DNA of 64,000 nucleotides from an uncultured virus (IMG/VR IMGVR_UViG_3300007512_000010) (lineage: Duplodnaviria; Heunggongvirae; Uroviricota; Caudoviricetes), in IMG/VR virus record IMGVR_UViG_3300007512_000010, positions 1 to 64,000 of that record. The stretch is one strand, 5' to 3'. The notes under the pieces were generated by a model. That model saw only the letters and a program-made list of their open reading frames with translations, did no database searches and was not told the DNA's origin. This document shows, one piece after another, positions 44,501 to 52,884 of this stretch; within the stretch, counting starts at the first letter, position 1, and the number at the start of each line of letters is the position of its first letter. The position numbers were made by a program, and so were the translations under genes.

Positions 44501-47500
44501 CCTGATTTGAGTAACGTGTCTGATTTGCGCGTTTACGCGCCTAGAATGTGCTCTTACTACCCAGGCCCGGAAAGATTTTGGGCGGAACTTTCCTACTACG
44601 ATAACTCTCAGACGGTAGAAAATAACTTTGGGTTGTTCGTTGGTTTCCCTAAGGAGCTTGTTGATGAGTACGACCCCTCGCTTGATTATTTAAGTGTAAT
44701 AAAATCGATGTGGTTTGCTTTCATGAGCGGCCCGCACTTCGATAACCTACAGCTAGCTGTACAAGCTCTATTCAACCTCCCGTACACAGAACAACCCGGC
44801 AGGGTTTTGTACGCTCAAGAGGCGACTTCTGAGACTGAGGGGCGAATTATTCTTGTAGACGAGGATGAACGGCAACAGGTCTTTGTGCTCCCTGCTGGGA
44901 CCTCGCTAGCGACAAACCCACGGACGGGGAGAACGATTAAGGGCTTTACGTTTACCGATGATCTTGAGGGGCTTACAGACGAGCAGCTAGAAGATAGAGA
45001 GGATTCGATTTTAGACGCTTACGTAAAGCTTGTAGACGTCGTTAAGATTGATGACTACATCTCCGATGAGGACATAATAAACAAGCAGTTCGGCGGGAAC
45101 GTACGACAGTTTGTAGACGACGATGGGGTTATTCATGAGGTGGATATTTCCCCGACTATTATCGAGAAATATCATACCTTTTTAGTAAACGTCCCTCTGG
45201 AAATCACCCACAGTACGTCTGTGTTTCCGCTGGTTCAGCAGTTTCTTAATGAGGCCAAGCCTGCGTACACCAACTTCATTCTTGTTGGCTCATTAAACTT
45301 TGTGGACGAGGTGAGTGTGCTTGAAGAAGCCATTCTCATGCCCACAATTATCCTGCGAGATACGCCGCACACTGCCCCTTTTATGGCTCGATACGACGGA
45401 GAAGGGTTGTCGTACACAACCATCCTTCCAGCATTGGACGAGACCGGTGCACCCGTTATTGACGCAGATACCGGCCTACCTACCTACACAGAGCAAACAG
45501 TTGCACAGGCAATCGTTACCGCTGAACGACAGGCTAGTTTGTGGCCCACCTATAAAACTCTTGAGAAGGTGGCTGTTATTGATGACTCACCCCTTGTTGA
45601 CGAGTTTGAGTACAAGGTTTTAGGCAGGATTGGTCGCGGAGATATGCTGGACTGGCCCTATGAAACGTACAGCACCCCCGAAGAGGAGTTGAATAATTCC
45701 TGGACTCCTTCGACTGGGTTTTTCACAGAAGACCCTACGTTGGCAGGCCTAACGCTAGGGGAGGCTGGCGTTTCTGAACGTACAATAGACTTTTGGCGTA
45801 GCTCACACTGGGATGTGTGCTTCGTGGTCATGAAAGATGATCTTCCGTACGAGTACACAACAGAAACACCCGTGCTGGGGTATAGAGTTACAGATGCGTC
45901 TGAGGGGACGGTCTCCTGGGTACTTTCGGAGATGTTTGCGAATTTGGTGGGTAACAACACCGAGTTTACGACAACCTTTAACCACCAACAGATTTTCGCT
46001 TTACGGATAAAAGACACCCCGCACTTTATGTACGTCACCCCGGAAGGCGGCGCATTTATCCTTGATTTTGATAATGCCATTACAGACGGGGATATACAGA
46101 CAATAGAGATCGTTGGGTACCGTTTCGGCCTTCCGCTCGGTAGGAACTTTTATCAGGACCCAGACACCGAATTAGCTGATGGGGAATCTCCTTCTTTAAA
46201 CCCCCTTTCTAGGTGGTATCGGGAGGGTGAAGGTGCTTTAGCCCTTTGCGATGTCTACTTTTGGGGCGACGTAAACGGGGACGGAATTCATGATCGCTTC
46301 GTGTTGGACGAGGATGGGGTGTCTACAGGTGTTGCGAAGACTATCGAGGATATACCCAAGCCTGAAGTCACTTACTGGGACATGGATGATGTCTTTGAGA
46401 AGTATGAGGCTGGTTACTGTGAAGGCGTTTTGGATGATTACTCTGGGGATGGTTCATGGAACAAGGCGCGTACGACTCTTGACATGGTCAACACTTGGAA
46501 TTCGGATCTCGACGTGGTCCGGTCCAAGGTATGGGTTCCTGTAGAAAAGACCATCACTAGCGACGAAGATGCTGAATTTGTTCTCGGGGAAAAGCTCTCC
46601 GTTAGGTTTCAAGGCGCGGAGGTGGAGGGACATATTTGGAATGCTGCCCCGCCCGTGGTGGACCATGTAGGCTCTGGAGGGCATCCCAAGGTTCCGTTCG
46701 GCGTGGTCTCCCCACAGAATGCGCACGTACACACGTATTTATTGTTTGGGTTTGAGGCTACGTACGAATTCACTCAAGAGGCGTTGAGCCTTAAAGAAGA
46801 CGAGTCTGAGGAGTTACTTCCCAACAATTATGCGAACGAGTCCAGGCTTGATTGGTACAACCATCTTTACCAATGCTTGGTTGATGCTGAGCTACTTGTC
46901 GCCCCTGATCCGCTTGACCCGACAGACGTCACTTTTGTGGGGCTCACGTCAGGGGCAGTAGCAAAACTGGCTGTAGATGGGATTGCAGCGTTTGACACGT
47001 TTGGCCCCGACGAGGATGCAACAAAGAGTTACTACCATCTAGAAACCATCTGGCAGCAGGACAAGCTTATTGAGTACGGCCCTGTATCCGACCCAGACAT
47101 TATTATCACAAAATATATCCCTCTCGGAGGAATGACCATTGCCGACTATCAAGCTTCTAGTTTTTGTTTTAATCCTGGCGGGGGAATTTCAGATGATCCT
47201 TCTGTCCCTCCTGCGTTCGTGCCGGTCGTTCCTTTTACGTATAAAGAAAATCCTCATTGGTCATATGGTGACGAAGACGACGACGGCGTACTAGATTTAG
47301 ATCACCATACTCGGACAAGAATTTCCGAGGCACAAGCGCACTACTACAACCTTGAGGCGCAGTGTCACGTACCCGACCTAACCATCTCTTCCAATGAGCA
47401 GTTCTCACCAAGCTTTAGCCCCGGCTACTTTACTTGGTGGGATAATGTTCCTGTACCGACTACGGTAGATGGTGTTGGCTCCGGGATTGTGCCCGCTTCA

Positions 47501-48232
47501 GAGGTCCTTCCTCTGTTAGTTTGGGGGTACGCAGACCAAGGGAAACTATCTGCGGCTAATCCTGTAGCGCATACAGGCTGGGAGCCCCCCGCTGAAGCGA
47601 CCGCATTGCAGAATGTTCATATCGGGATGAAGGTAAAAGCCCGTAAAACAAAGCACCTTACGCACGGGTTCACAGAGTTTTACATCCCTGCCCCAACGAT
47701 TAAGATGATTGTACCGGCGTCCTCTGGTTACGACCTTCGTGTCTGTGGCTTCTATTTCTGCAATGACGACCCAACCAGGGTTGAACTACCGACAGAAACT
47801 ACACACGATGGCAGTATCGGGGGTAGTTGGGTATTTATGCGTAATTCAGTAACCAAAGATGAATTTTTAGTTACGGACTGGAGCTTTGAGACAGGTGTAC
47901 ACGAGGGTAGACATATCGTCCCAAAAGGCCCTTTACGGGACGGTCTATCGACGTGGGTACTTGGCAGAGAGCCAGACCCAGCAGATGCGAGCGATCCCGG
48001 ACAAAGAAGTGATGGTCACATCATTGAGTTCAACATTCCAACACTGAGTGAAGAAGGATATTATGATGTCATCGTGCGAAATTATAGGCCTTGGTACATG
48101 GGGTCTGATGTTTCCGAGGAAAAGCGTAATGTCCACATCGATACAGTTATTGCAGAACGTGCATATTACTATTCAACTGAAGGATTCGGAGGAGCCTCGT
48201 GGGGTACTTCGCCTTGGGGTAGCACGGAATAG
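41555..48232 (+). CDS. Giant baseplate wedge/tail protein (2225 aa) with an interrupted PKD-like domain
   Basis: Position after J. IFKYLPDFW, GPHFDNLQLAVQALFNLP and FLNEAKPAYT resemble gpI/gp7-type wedge motifs. PKD-like halves at about 42350 and 42959. Confidence 0.55.
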   Translation: MSLPVSTKWDRIDYSFRAETGGEGYTEGSRLFSDVDYHLEAESFIQYPNVLIEEGFVYLNALTSERINAVKEVSSVVTSAEIVGGIPENFTIEFDIYLTDDALPKSFTDTENRLFVGAINVQGSSAGFLFSYDGIAYATHPTDPAPSILAGSKNLLFSDDGTVRDGVFLRAVLNGEDDRMYVYTSSSDSAYLTASPEQTEASLMWSVKARAAGGQYSDAVIFHASSRSAAQQLFDKPDLVEAEGQDVSFALGSFRMSGSKVLPVDRPTAVATGDLQVVVGSALQLDGLGSFDSEGRQLTYDWEFELKPTGSKARMQGAAYASTVLYRVEEDESTTDVVTLTFDEPSSKYNTYKAVVTVGEPNSLLTMDLDHEAETLYIVLGADSDGEVNVSGSDLVEGFYNSKAAGFNITISGGELSEVDRSSEDGAKIVVRQYPREVRASLTAPESSGLEMLQAGTFSFSGGAGSRLSTPLVIPDVVGSYIVSLTVYNNVRYSDKTKLAFSVTLTEQLLGHRPNSEYIFKYLPDFWNMVKDKQHLTALWSSITQVLSSEMMSLWQNDYAKALKDTVRKYQRRWIQHEISEYWPADEPATLSEFDESILLDLSVTEPIEGTHNTLATVSSAEIYQPLVPGKALLYSDISPPEVIDITSVTYTEDDDSTWEIVTSLASFPVYKLIDDRTGGYFVRDLEDITPTTPLVSSVLYDPTYPFVQINSEVDRVRLYKTDGSDVVVSVTAYDVGGVKNTIRLDLEEDEAVDGVARSWEHLRVAQYTKVIQSSYITLPDTSSLKETYVVGDYVTLRVVDPYTSGDIDVTLTILAIDGQDIFVEWYDLLVALNGAALLNGDERVWVHADLPELDWVFRKVTMHNRTHASEDLVNIPFLGTDTVKNAGVYREFLDYDVKDTRIYFDNLIEGTASISDGTRVKLDPNFLQHALISPYCDTKKVLDFEEAAGLGLSCLVIENGPAGVYQILGYDEDTGEFIINSPDLSNVSDLRVYAPRMCSYYPGPERFWAELSYYDNSQTVENNFGLFVGFPKELVDEYDPSLDYLSVIKSMWFAFMSGPHFDNLQLAVQALFNLPYTEQPGRVLYAQEATSETEGRIILVDEDERQQVFVLPAGTSLATNPRTGRTIKGFTFTDDLEGLTDEQLEDREDSILDAYVKLVDVVKIDDYISDEDIINKQFGGNVRQFVDDDGVIHEVDISPTIIEKYHTFLVNVPLEITHSTSVFPLVQQFLNEAKPAYTNFILVGSLNFVDEVSVLEEAILMPTIILRDTPHTAPFMARYDGEGLSYTTILPALDETGAPVIDADTGLPTYTEQTVAQAIVTAERQASLWPTYKTLEKVAVIDDSPLVDEFEYKVLGRIGRGDMLDWPYETYSTPEEELNNSWTPSTGFFTEDPTLAGLTLGEAGVSERTIDFWRSSHWDVCFVVMKDDLPYEYTTETPVLGYRVTDASEGTVSWVLSEMFANLVGNNTEFTTTFNHQQIFALRIKDTPHFMYVTPEGGAFILDFDNAITDGDIQTIEIVGYRFGLPLGRNFYQDPDTELADGESPSLNPLSRWYREGEGALALCDVYFWGDVNGDGIHDRFVLDEDGVSTGVAKTIEDIPKPEVTYWDMDDVFEKYEAGYCEGVLDDYSGDGSWNKARTTLDMVNTWNSDLDVVRSKVWVPVEKTITSDEDAEFVLGEKLSVRFQGAEVEGHIWNAAPPVVDHVGSGGHPKVPFGVVSPQNAHVHTYLLFGFEATYEFTQEALSLKEDESEELLPNNYANESRLDWYNHLYQCLVDAELLVAPDPLDPTDVTFVGLTSGAVAKLAVDGIAAFDTFGPDEDATKSYYHLETIWQQDKLIEYGPVSDPDIIITKYIPLGGMTIADYQASSFCFNPGGGISDDPSVPPAFVPVVPFTYKENPHWSYGDEDDDGVLDLDHHTRTRISEAQAHYYNLEAQCHVPDLTISSNEQFSPSFSPGYFTWWDNVPVPTTVDGVGSGIVPASEVLPLLVWGYADQGKLSAANPVAHTGWEPPAEATALQNVHIGMKVKARKTKHLTHGFTEFYIPAPTIKMIVPASSGYDLRVCGFYFCNDDPTRVELPTETTHDGSIGGSWVFMRNSVTKDEFLVTDWSFETGVHEGRHIVPKGPLRDGLSTWVLGREPDPADASDPGQRSDGHIIEFNIPTLSEEGYYDVIVRNYRPWYMGSDVSEEKRNVHIDTVIAERAYYYSTEGFGGASWGTSPWGSTE

Positions 48233-48246
48233 AGGAGTTTCTAACT

Positions 48247-51200
48247 ATGGCTAAGCTTTATATCCAACACCCCCTGGGCTCGAAAGATCGCGTACTTTAC
48301 GACGTTAACGCGACCGTTTCGAGCCAATGCCTCGTCACCTTCGAAGACGACGAAGGAAACCAAGCGGAGTGGACAGGGTCCTCTACAACAATAGATGCGG
48401 GTGGCGACATCGGCTCGATTGAGGTTTACGAGGACGTAGGTGGGGAGTCGGCTCTAGGTAAATACGTCCTTGACGCAGACTCATGGAAGCTCTTCGGCCC
48501 AGATGGGCCTGCCAGAGTTTTGTCCGACGCGGGTCCGACAGATATCGATGGCGTTGAGTGGAACCCTAAACAGTTTCAGGCCGTCACCCCCGGTCGTTGG
48601 CTTATTCGAGTACACGGCCATCTGATTGAGCAGGAAACCGATACAGGCGCTGGGTACAACGTGGCCTCTGAAGAGGTAACGGCGTTTACTGCGCTTCTTG
48701 AAATCGAAGACCCCCATGTAATTGGGAACATCGATGGTGGGCACCTAGAGACGAGCAGCGGTTCAATTGGAACCTCGTATGTTGCCCCAACCGAAGAGGT
48801 TGAGTACGACGCTGACGAGGGTTGGTCTCGCAGCGCGGAGCGTTATTTTTCTACGCTCTCAAAGGGGATGAGTTTCCGTAAGATTGCTTCCGGGGCGGTC
48901 ACAACGAGTACGGTGTCCTTTGGGACCTTGCTTACGGTGACTAACGAGGAGGAATATAAGCAATGGCATGACTCATTGGTTGGGACAGACTTAGTTGATG
49001 GTGGTGAAGAGGTTTATTACTACAACTATGCTGTACAGGTTCGGCCCATTGTCGCGGCTGACTTAGAGAGCCCGTCGTTGGCGGAACTCCCAATCTTCAT
49101 TAGTTTAGGGACGACGACTTCGATTGGGGATCGGGTGTACATGTTGGTAGAGGGAACCCTCCCAATGGACACCAGTGGTATCCCTACCATCGACGCCATT
49201 ACAGGTAATAACACTAGGCTGTTTATTCAGCCTACGGCTGTTCTAGGGGCTACGCAGCCCAGTACGATGGGCCTTGGCTATTACGACCGTTATGTCGGAC
49301 ACGTACTACGGGGCCAGACCTCGGACGATGTTGAGACCCCTGGAGCCGTTTACTTCCATGGACACACTTCATGGTTGCCTGGGGTGGTTACTGGCCCATT
49401 AGAGAGCACGGATAAGGCCCTTGTTCGGTGGGATGGCACCACTGGGGAATTGATCCAAAATAGTGCTGTACAGGTTCTGCACTACCAAACGACAACAAAC
49501 ACCACAACAACTGACGACTACGACGATATTGGTTCTGTTGAGCTTGTCACCGTCGATCACAGAGACGCTGGCGAAGCCACGGACACCGACCTACGAATCA
49601 CTACTCAACCATCGGAGGGTAGACAGGCTGGTGGGATCCACATCCTCCCCGGAGAGTCCTCCACAGGCTCCCCTGCGGAGGTGTACATCACTAGTGGTGT
49701 TGGGGGAAGCGCTGGTGGGGATCTTCACCTATCCGCTGGTGCGCCAGTAGACCCCACAAGCCCCGCGACGGCTTCTGGTTCTGTAAACATAGGTACGCAA
49801 GCTTGTATGCAAGCCGGTGATATAAACATCAACGCAGGCTTGTCAGACGATATTCCTGGCGGAGATATACATCTTACGGCTGGTGGTGCTACTCGCGCTG
49901 ACGCGGGCAACTTAACCGTTACAGCAGGAAACTCTGCCGACGCCGATGGTGCTGGGACAAAGGGAGGCGATGTAACTATCGCCGCAGGAACAGGGAATCC
50001 AGGCGGGACTGTCTTCATAGACGGCGGTGCGAAGCTAAGCCCAGGCTCCCTGGATGGAGACGTGTTGCTGGCCAATACCACAGGGAAGGTTGGTGTTGGT
50101 GGCGCTGCCCCGCTGGATGCGGATGATGAGGTTTTTCAAGTAACCGGGGATTCCAAGTTTATCGGAGATCTCCATATTACTGAGAAATTAACGGTAGACG
50201 GGGTCATTGACCCGATTGCGCTCATCTTGACCACTGACGCAGCGGATATGATGGAGGCGGCACCTACGACGGAAATAGCTGCTGATGAAGGTGCCCTCTT
50301 TGTTTCTTCTGGTTCTGGGCAGGATCACCTTGGTGACGCCTTGGTGGCCAACGAGTTGTATTACAAGTACGCGCATGGGCACGATGGGGTAGACGAGAAG
50401 ATTGTAAGCCTCTCGACGGGCGCAGGACTGACAATTCCAGGGCCTCTTGCTAACAGCACGTACGCTCATGCAATCGCTAAGTGGGCAGATATTAATGGGG
50501 ATACCTTAGAAAATTCTAAGGTTCTCGTGGACGCAGAGTCTGGCCCGTTTACGGTTGAATTTGCGGATATGTCCTCACTCTCAACTGTTGTTGACGCGAC
50601 TACACGAACTATAGAGGGCGTTCCTGTTACAACAAGCTTTCCGTTGTTAATTACAACAGGCTCTTCCCCTGCGGCTTCTGGTACCACAGCGGGGTCTATT
50701 CGAATTCAGCCGGGGTCGTCATCTCATGCGCATTCCGGAAATGTGTACGTTTTTGGGGGCGAGTCTGAAGTTGATGGCAGTAACGGGGGGTTTGTTGATT
50801 TAGTCGGTGGTGCTGTGGGCAAAACGGCTGCTGATTTTACTCACGCCGGTGGGTACGTCCACGCAATTGGTGGGCAGAACCACTCCGGAACCACCCCAAG
50901 CCCCAACGATTGGGAGAGGCGTGGCCGAGGCGGAAACGCCGATATGCATGGTGGAGACGGTAACGATGGTGGCGCTGTCTACATTGGTGGGGGAAATTCA
51001 TACGACTTCACTGGCTCTATGCATGGGCACGGATTCGGCGGCTCCGTCGACATCACAGGCGGTATAGCGGGCCTCGATACGACTGGGACTAAGGCATCTT
51101 TAGAGGCGGGAATTACAGACATCGCTGTTCGTGGTGGAGACATCACGCTTGCGGGCGGCAGTACTTACCAAGCTCCCAACGGCGACCCTGGAGATCCGAC

Positions 51201-52845
51201 TTGGACCGTTCAAGGGCCTAGTGGTGGTGACGTTACCATTTCTGGTGGTAGCGCAGGCGTTGGAACAGGCGGAGGAATGGCTGGCGGCACTGTCCGTGAA
51301 CACACGCTGGGGGCGTTTGTTGACGAGTCGCATATCTTATACAAGAACGCGGGAAATCATCAGTTCCACGGGAGGGGTGGAAGCGTATTCATCACAGGAG
51401 GTGCTGGTGATCATACAGGCGGCTCGGGCTCAATCATCATCCAGACGCTTCACTCTAATGAGGGCTGGGATGCTGCATCAGGCGCTCCTGACTATGACGG
51501 CGGGTTAGGCCATGATCCTCTTGCTGGGCATGGCCCCGTAGGGGACATCTTAATTAGAGGTGCGGACTCTATTGCACGAGTAAACTCAGGGGTTGTCGGC
51601 GGTAATGTAACCATCCAATCTGGTGTAGCTGGTGTAGGGACAGCAGCAGACCCCAGTCATGTCACTATCATCCCTGGTGAGCCTGATTGGCCCCGGCATA
51701 TGGTCGATACTAGCGACCCTCCTGACGGGAATCCTGACACGGAGGTGGTACAGACTGGTCCCGACGCCCAAGAGTGGGACCTCCCCGCTGGGGCGATGGT
51801 TTCTATCCCGTGGCCAGTTGACTTAGCCCCAGGAGGCGGTGGACCTCCCGAGCTAATTGGCCCAGCCCCAGGAACGGTATCTATAGACCCGGATAAGCGC
51901 GGTGTCCTGATGGTAGGGGCCATGTCGTTCGACAAGTCCGCTCACCTCTGTCTAGCTGCGACTATGCCGCAAATGGTGGTGGAGGGTGACCTCAAAGTCA
52001 CCGGGATCGTAGACCCAACGGGCCTACAACTTACGAAGACTGCAGATAATCCAGGTAAGGCCGCTATTATTGCCAACGGGGGAGATCCGGCAGACTGGAC
52101 AGACCTACTGAATACGGTCGTCTGGCTTCGAGACCCTGACGGGGCTTTGATGCTTGGTGACGACCTGCTCACCGCGTCAGGCTCGACGGTGGATAATCCA
52201 GACGACGCAGTTGATTACGAGGTTCCGTACTTAGCGTCGGATGGGTCGCTTCAAGCCCCAAAAATTGCTGATCCTAAGATCAAATTCTTGTCCGACCCCA
52301 ATGGTACGCTTACCGGGGTAATCACTAGTGGCTCCTCCTCGGTGTCACTTACGATGCATTTCTTTGATTCCGCGAACAACCAGAAGGTAGACCGTTTTGA
52401 CAATGACGGGAATCTACTTGGGGTCGATTTCATTCGTGATATTGGGGCGTCAGAGAACATTGTTAAGGCAGACCTAGTTTCTGTCATTAATGACGACGCT
52501 GTACGTGGAGGAGACTTTGATCCCTTCACAGATGAGTGGGGGAATTTCCCAGCTTCGGGGGCGAGACTTGTGCTTGTTCTTCCGCCAGTAGCAGACAGCT
52601 TTGATACGGTTACGAACACCGGCCGAAAGATCGTGATCAAGGATTCCCAAGGATTTTCCAATAAGGATGGGGTCTATCCGATGGTTGTGGTGAGAGCGTC
52701 CGTAGGAGATGATGGGACCGGAGAGTACATTGATGATATTGGATCTGTACAGACCAGCGGTGATATTCCTGATGCAGCGTTATTGCCTGACCCTTGGTCG
52801 TCTTTGACGTTGGTTTGTGATGGGGAACGATGGCTTATTATCTAA
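48247..52845 (+). CDS. Gly-rich tail fibre-like protein (1532 aa)
   Basis: Many GG[DN][IVL]x[IL]x[AG]G repeats. Repeated ALVRWDGTTGELIQNS / AIAKWADINGDTLENS and VDGVIDP / VTGIVDP. C-terminal LVLPP...GRKIVIKD...SLTLVCDGERWLII resembles fibre-tip domains. Confidence 0.65.
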   Translation: MAKLYIQHPLGSKDRVLYDVNATVSSQCLVTFEDDEGNQAEWTGSSTTIDAGGDIGSIEVYEDVGGESALGKYVLDADSWKLFGPDGPARVLSDAGPTDIDGVEWNPKQFQAVTPGRWLIRVHGHLIEQETDTGAGYNVASEEVTAFTALLEIEDPHVIGNIDGGHLETSSGSIGTSYVAPTEEVEYDADEGWSRSAERYFSTLSKGMSFRKIASGAVTTSTVSFGTLLTVTNEEEYKQWHDSLVGTDLVDGGEEVYYYNYAVQVRPIVAADLESPSLAELPIFISLGTTTSIGDRVYMLVEGTLPMDTSGIPTIDAITGNNTRLFIQPTAVLGATQPSTMGLGYYDRYVGHVLRGQTSDDVETPGAVYFHGHTSWLPGVVTGPLESTDKALVRWDGTTGELIQNSAVQVLHYQTTTNTTTTDDYDDIGSVELVTVDHRDAGEATDTDLRITTQPSEGRQAGGIHILPGESSTGSPAEVYITSGVGGSAGGDLHLSAGAPVDPTSPATASGSVNIGTQACMQAGDININAGLSDDIPGGDIHLTAGGATRADAGNLTVTAGNSADADGAGTKGGDVTIAAGTGNPGGTVFIDGGAKLSPGSLDGDVLLANTTGKVGVGGAAPLDADDEVFQVTGDSKFIGDLHITEKLTVDGVIDPIALILTTDAADMMEAAPTTEIAADEGALFVSSGSGQDHLGDALVANELYYKYAHGHDGVDEKIVSLSTGAGLTIPGPLANSTYAHAIAKWADINGDTLENSKVLVDAESGPFTVEFADMSSLSTVVDATTRTIEGVPVTTSFPLLITTGSSPAASGTTAGSIRIQPGSSSHAHSGNVYVFGGESEVDGSNGGFVDLVGGAVGKTAADFTHAGGYVHAIGGQNHSGTTPSPNDWERRGRGGNADMHGGDGNDGGAVYIGGGNSYDFTGSMHGHGFGGSVDITGGIAGLDTTGTKASLEAGITDIAVRGGDITLAGGSTYQAPNGDPGDPTWTVQGPSGGDVTISGGSAGVGTGGGMAGGTVREHTLGAFVDESHILYKNAGNHQFHGRGGSVFITGGAGDHTGGSGSIIIQTLHSNEGWDAASGAPDYDGGLGHDPLAGHGPVGDILIRGADSIARVNSGVVGGNVTIQSGVAGVGTAADPSHVTIIPGEPDWPRHMVDTSDPPDGNPDTEVVQTGPDAQEWDLPAGAMVSIPWPVDLAPGGGGPPELIGPAPGTVSIDPDKRGVLMVGAMSFDKSAHLCLAATMPQMVVEGDLKVTGIVDPTGLQLTKTADNPGKAAIIANGGDPADWTDLLNTVVWLRDPDGALMLGDDLLTASGSTVDNPDDAVDYEVPYLASDGSLQAPKIADPKIKFLSDPNGTLTGVITSGSSSVSLTMHFFDSANNQKVDRFDNDGNLLGVDFIRDIGASENIVKADLVSVINDDAVRGGDFDPFTDEWGNFPASGARLVLVLPPVADSFDTVTNTGRKIVIKDSQGFSNKDGVYPMVVVRASVGDDGTGEYIDDIGSVQTSGDIPDAALLPDPWSSLTLVCDGERWLII

Positions 52846-52884
52846 TAATATTTGTACTCTATTGTTTATTGGGAGACACCAAGA

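Noticed and set aside
14952..48232. Bacterial contractile injection system (eCIS/T6SS) rather than a phage
   Set aside because: Hub, gp25 and J genes plus leader-tagged effectors would fit, but the extreme gene sizes, multiple fibres, endolysin, sigma factor and absence of cellular genes over 64 kb favour a jumbo phage. Not formally excluded, since capsid and terminase are not in the window.
49600..51660. Gly-rich repeats as collagen-like or ice-nucleation repeats
   Set aside because: No Gly-X-Y periodicity or fixed octapeptide; the pattern is the irregular GGxIxIxxG type of phage fibre proteins.
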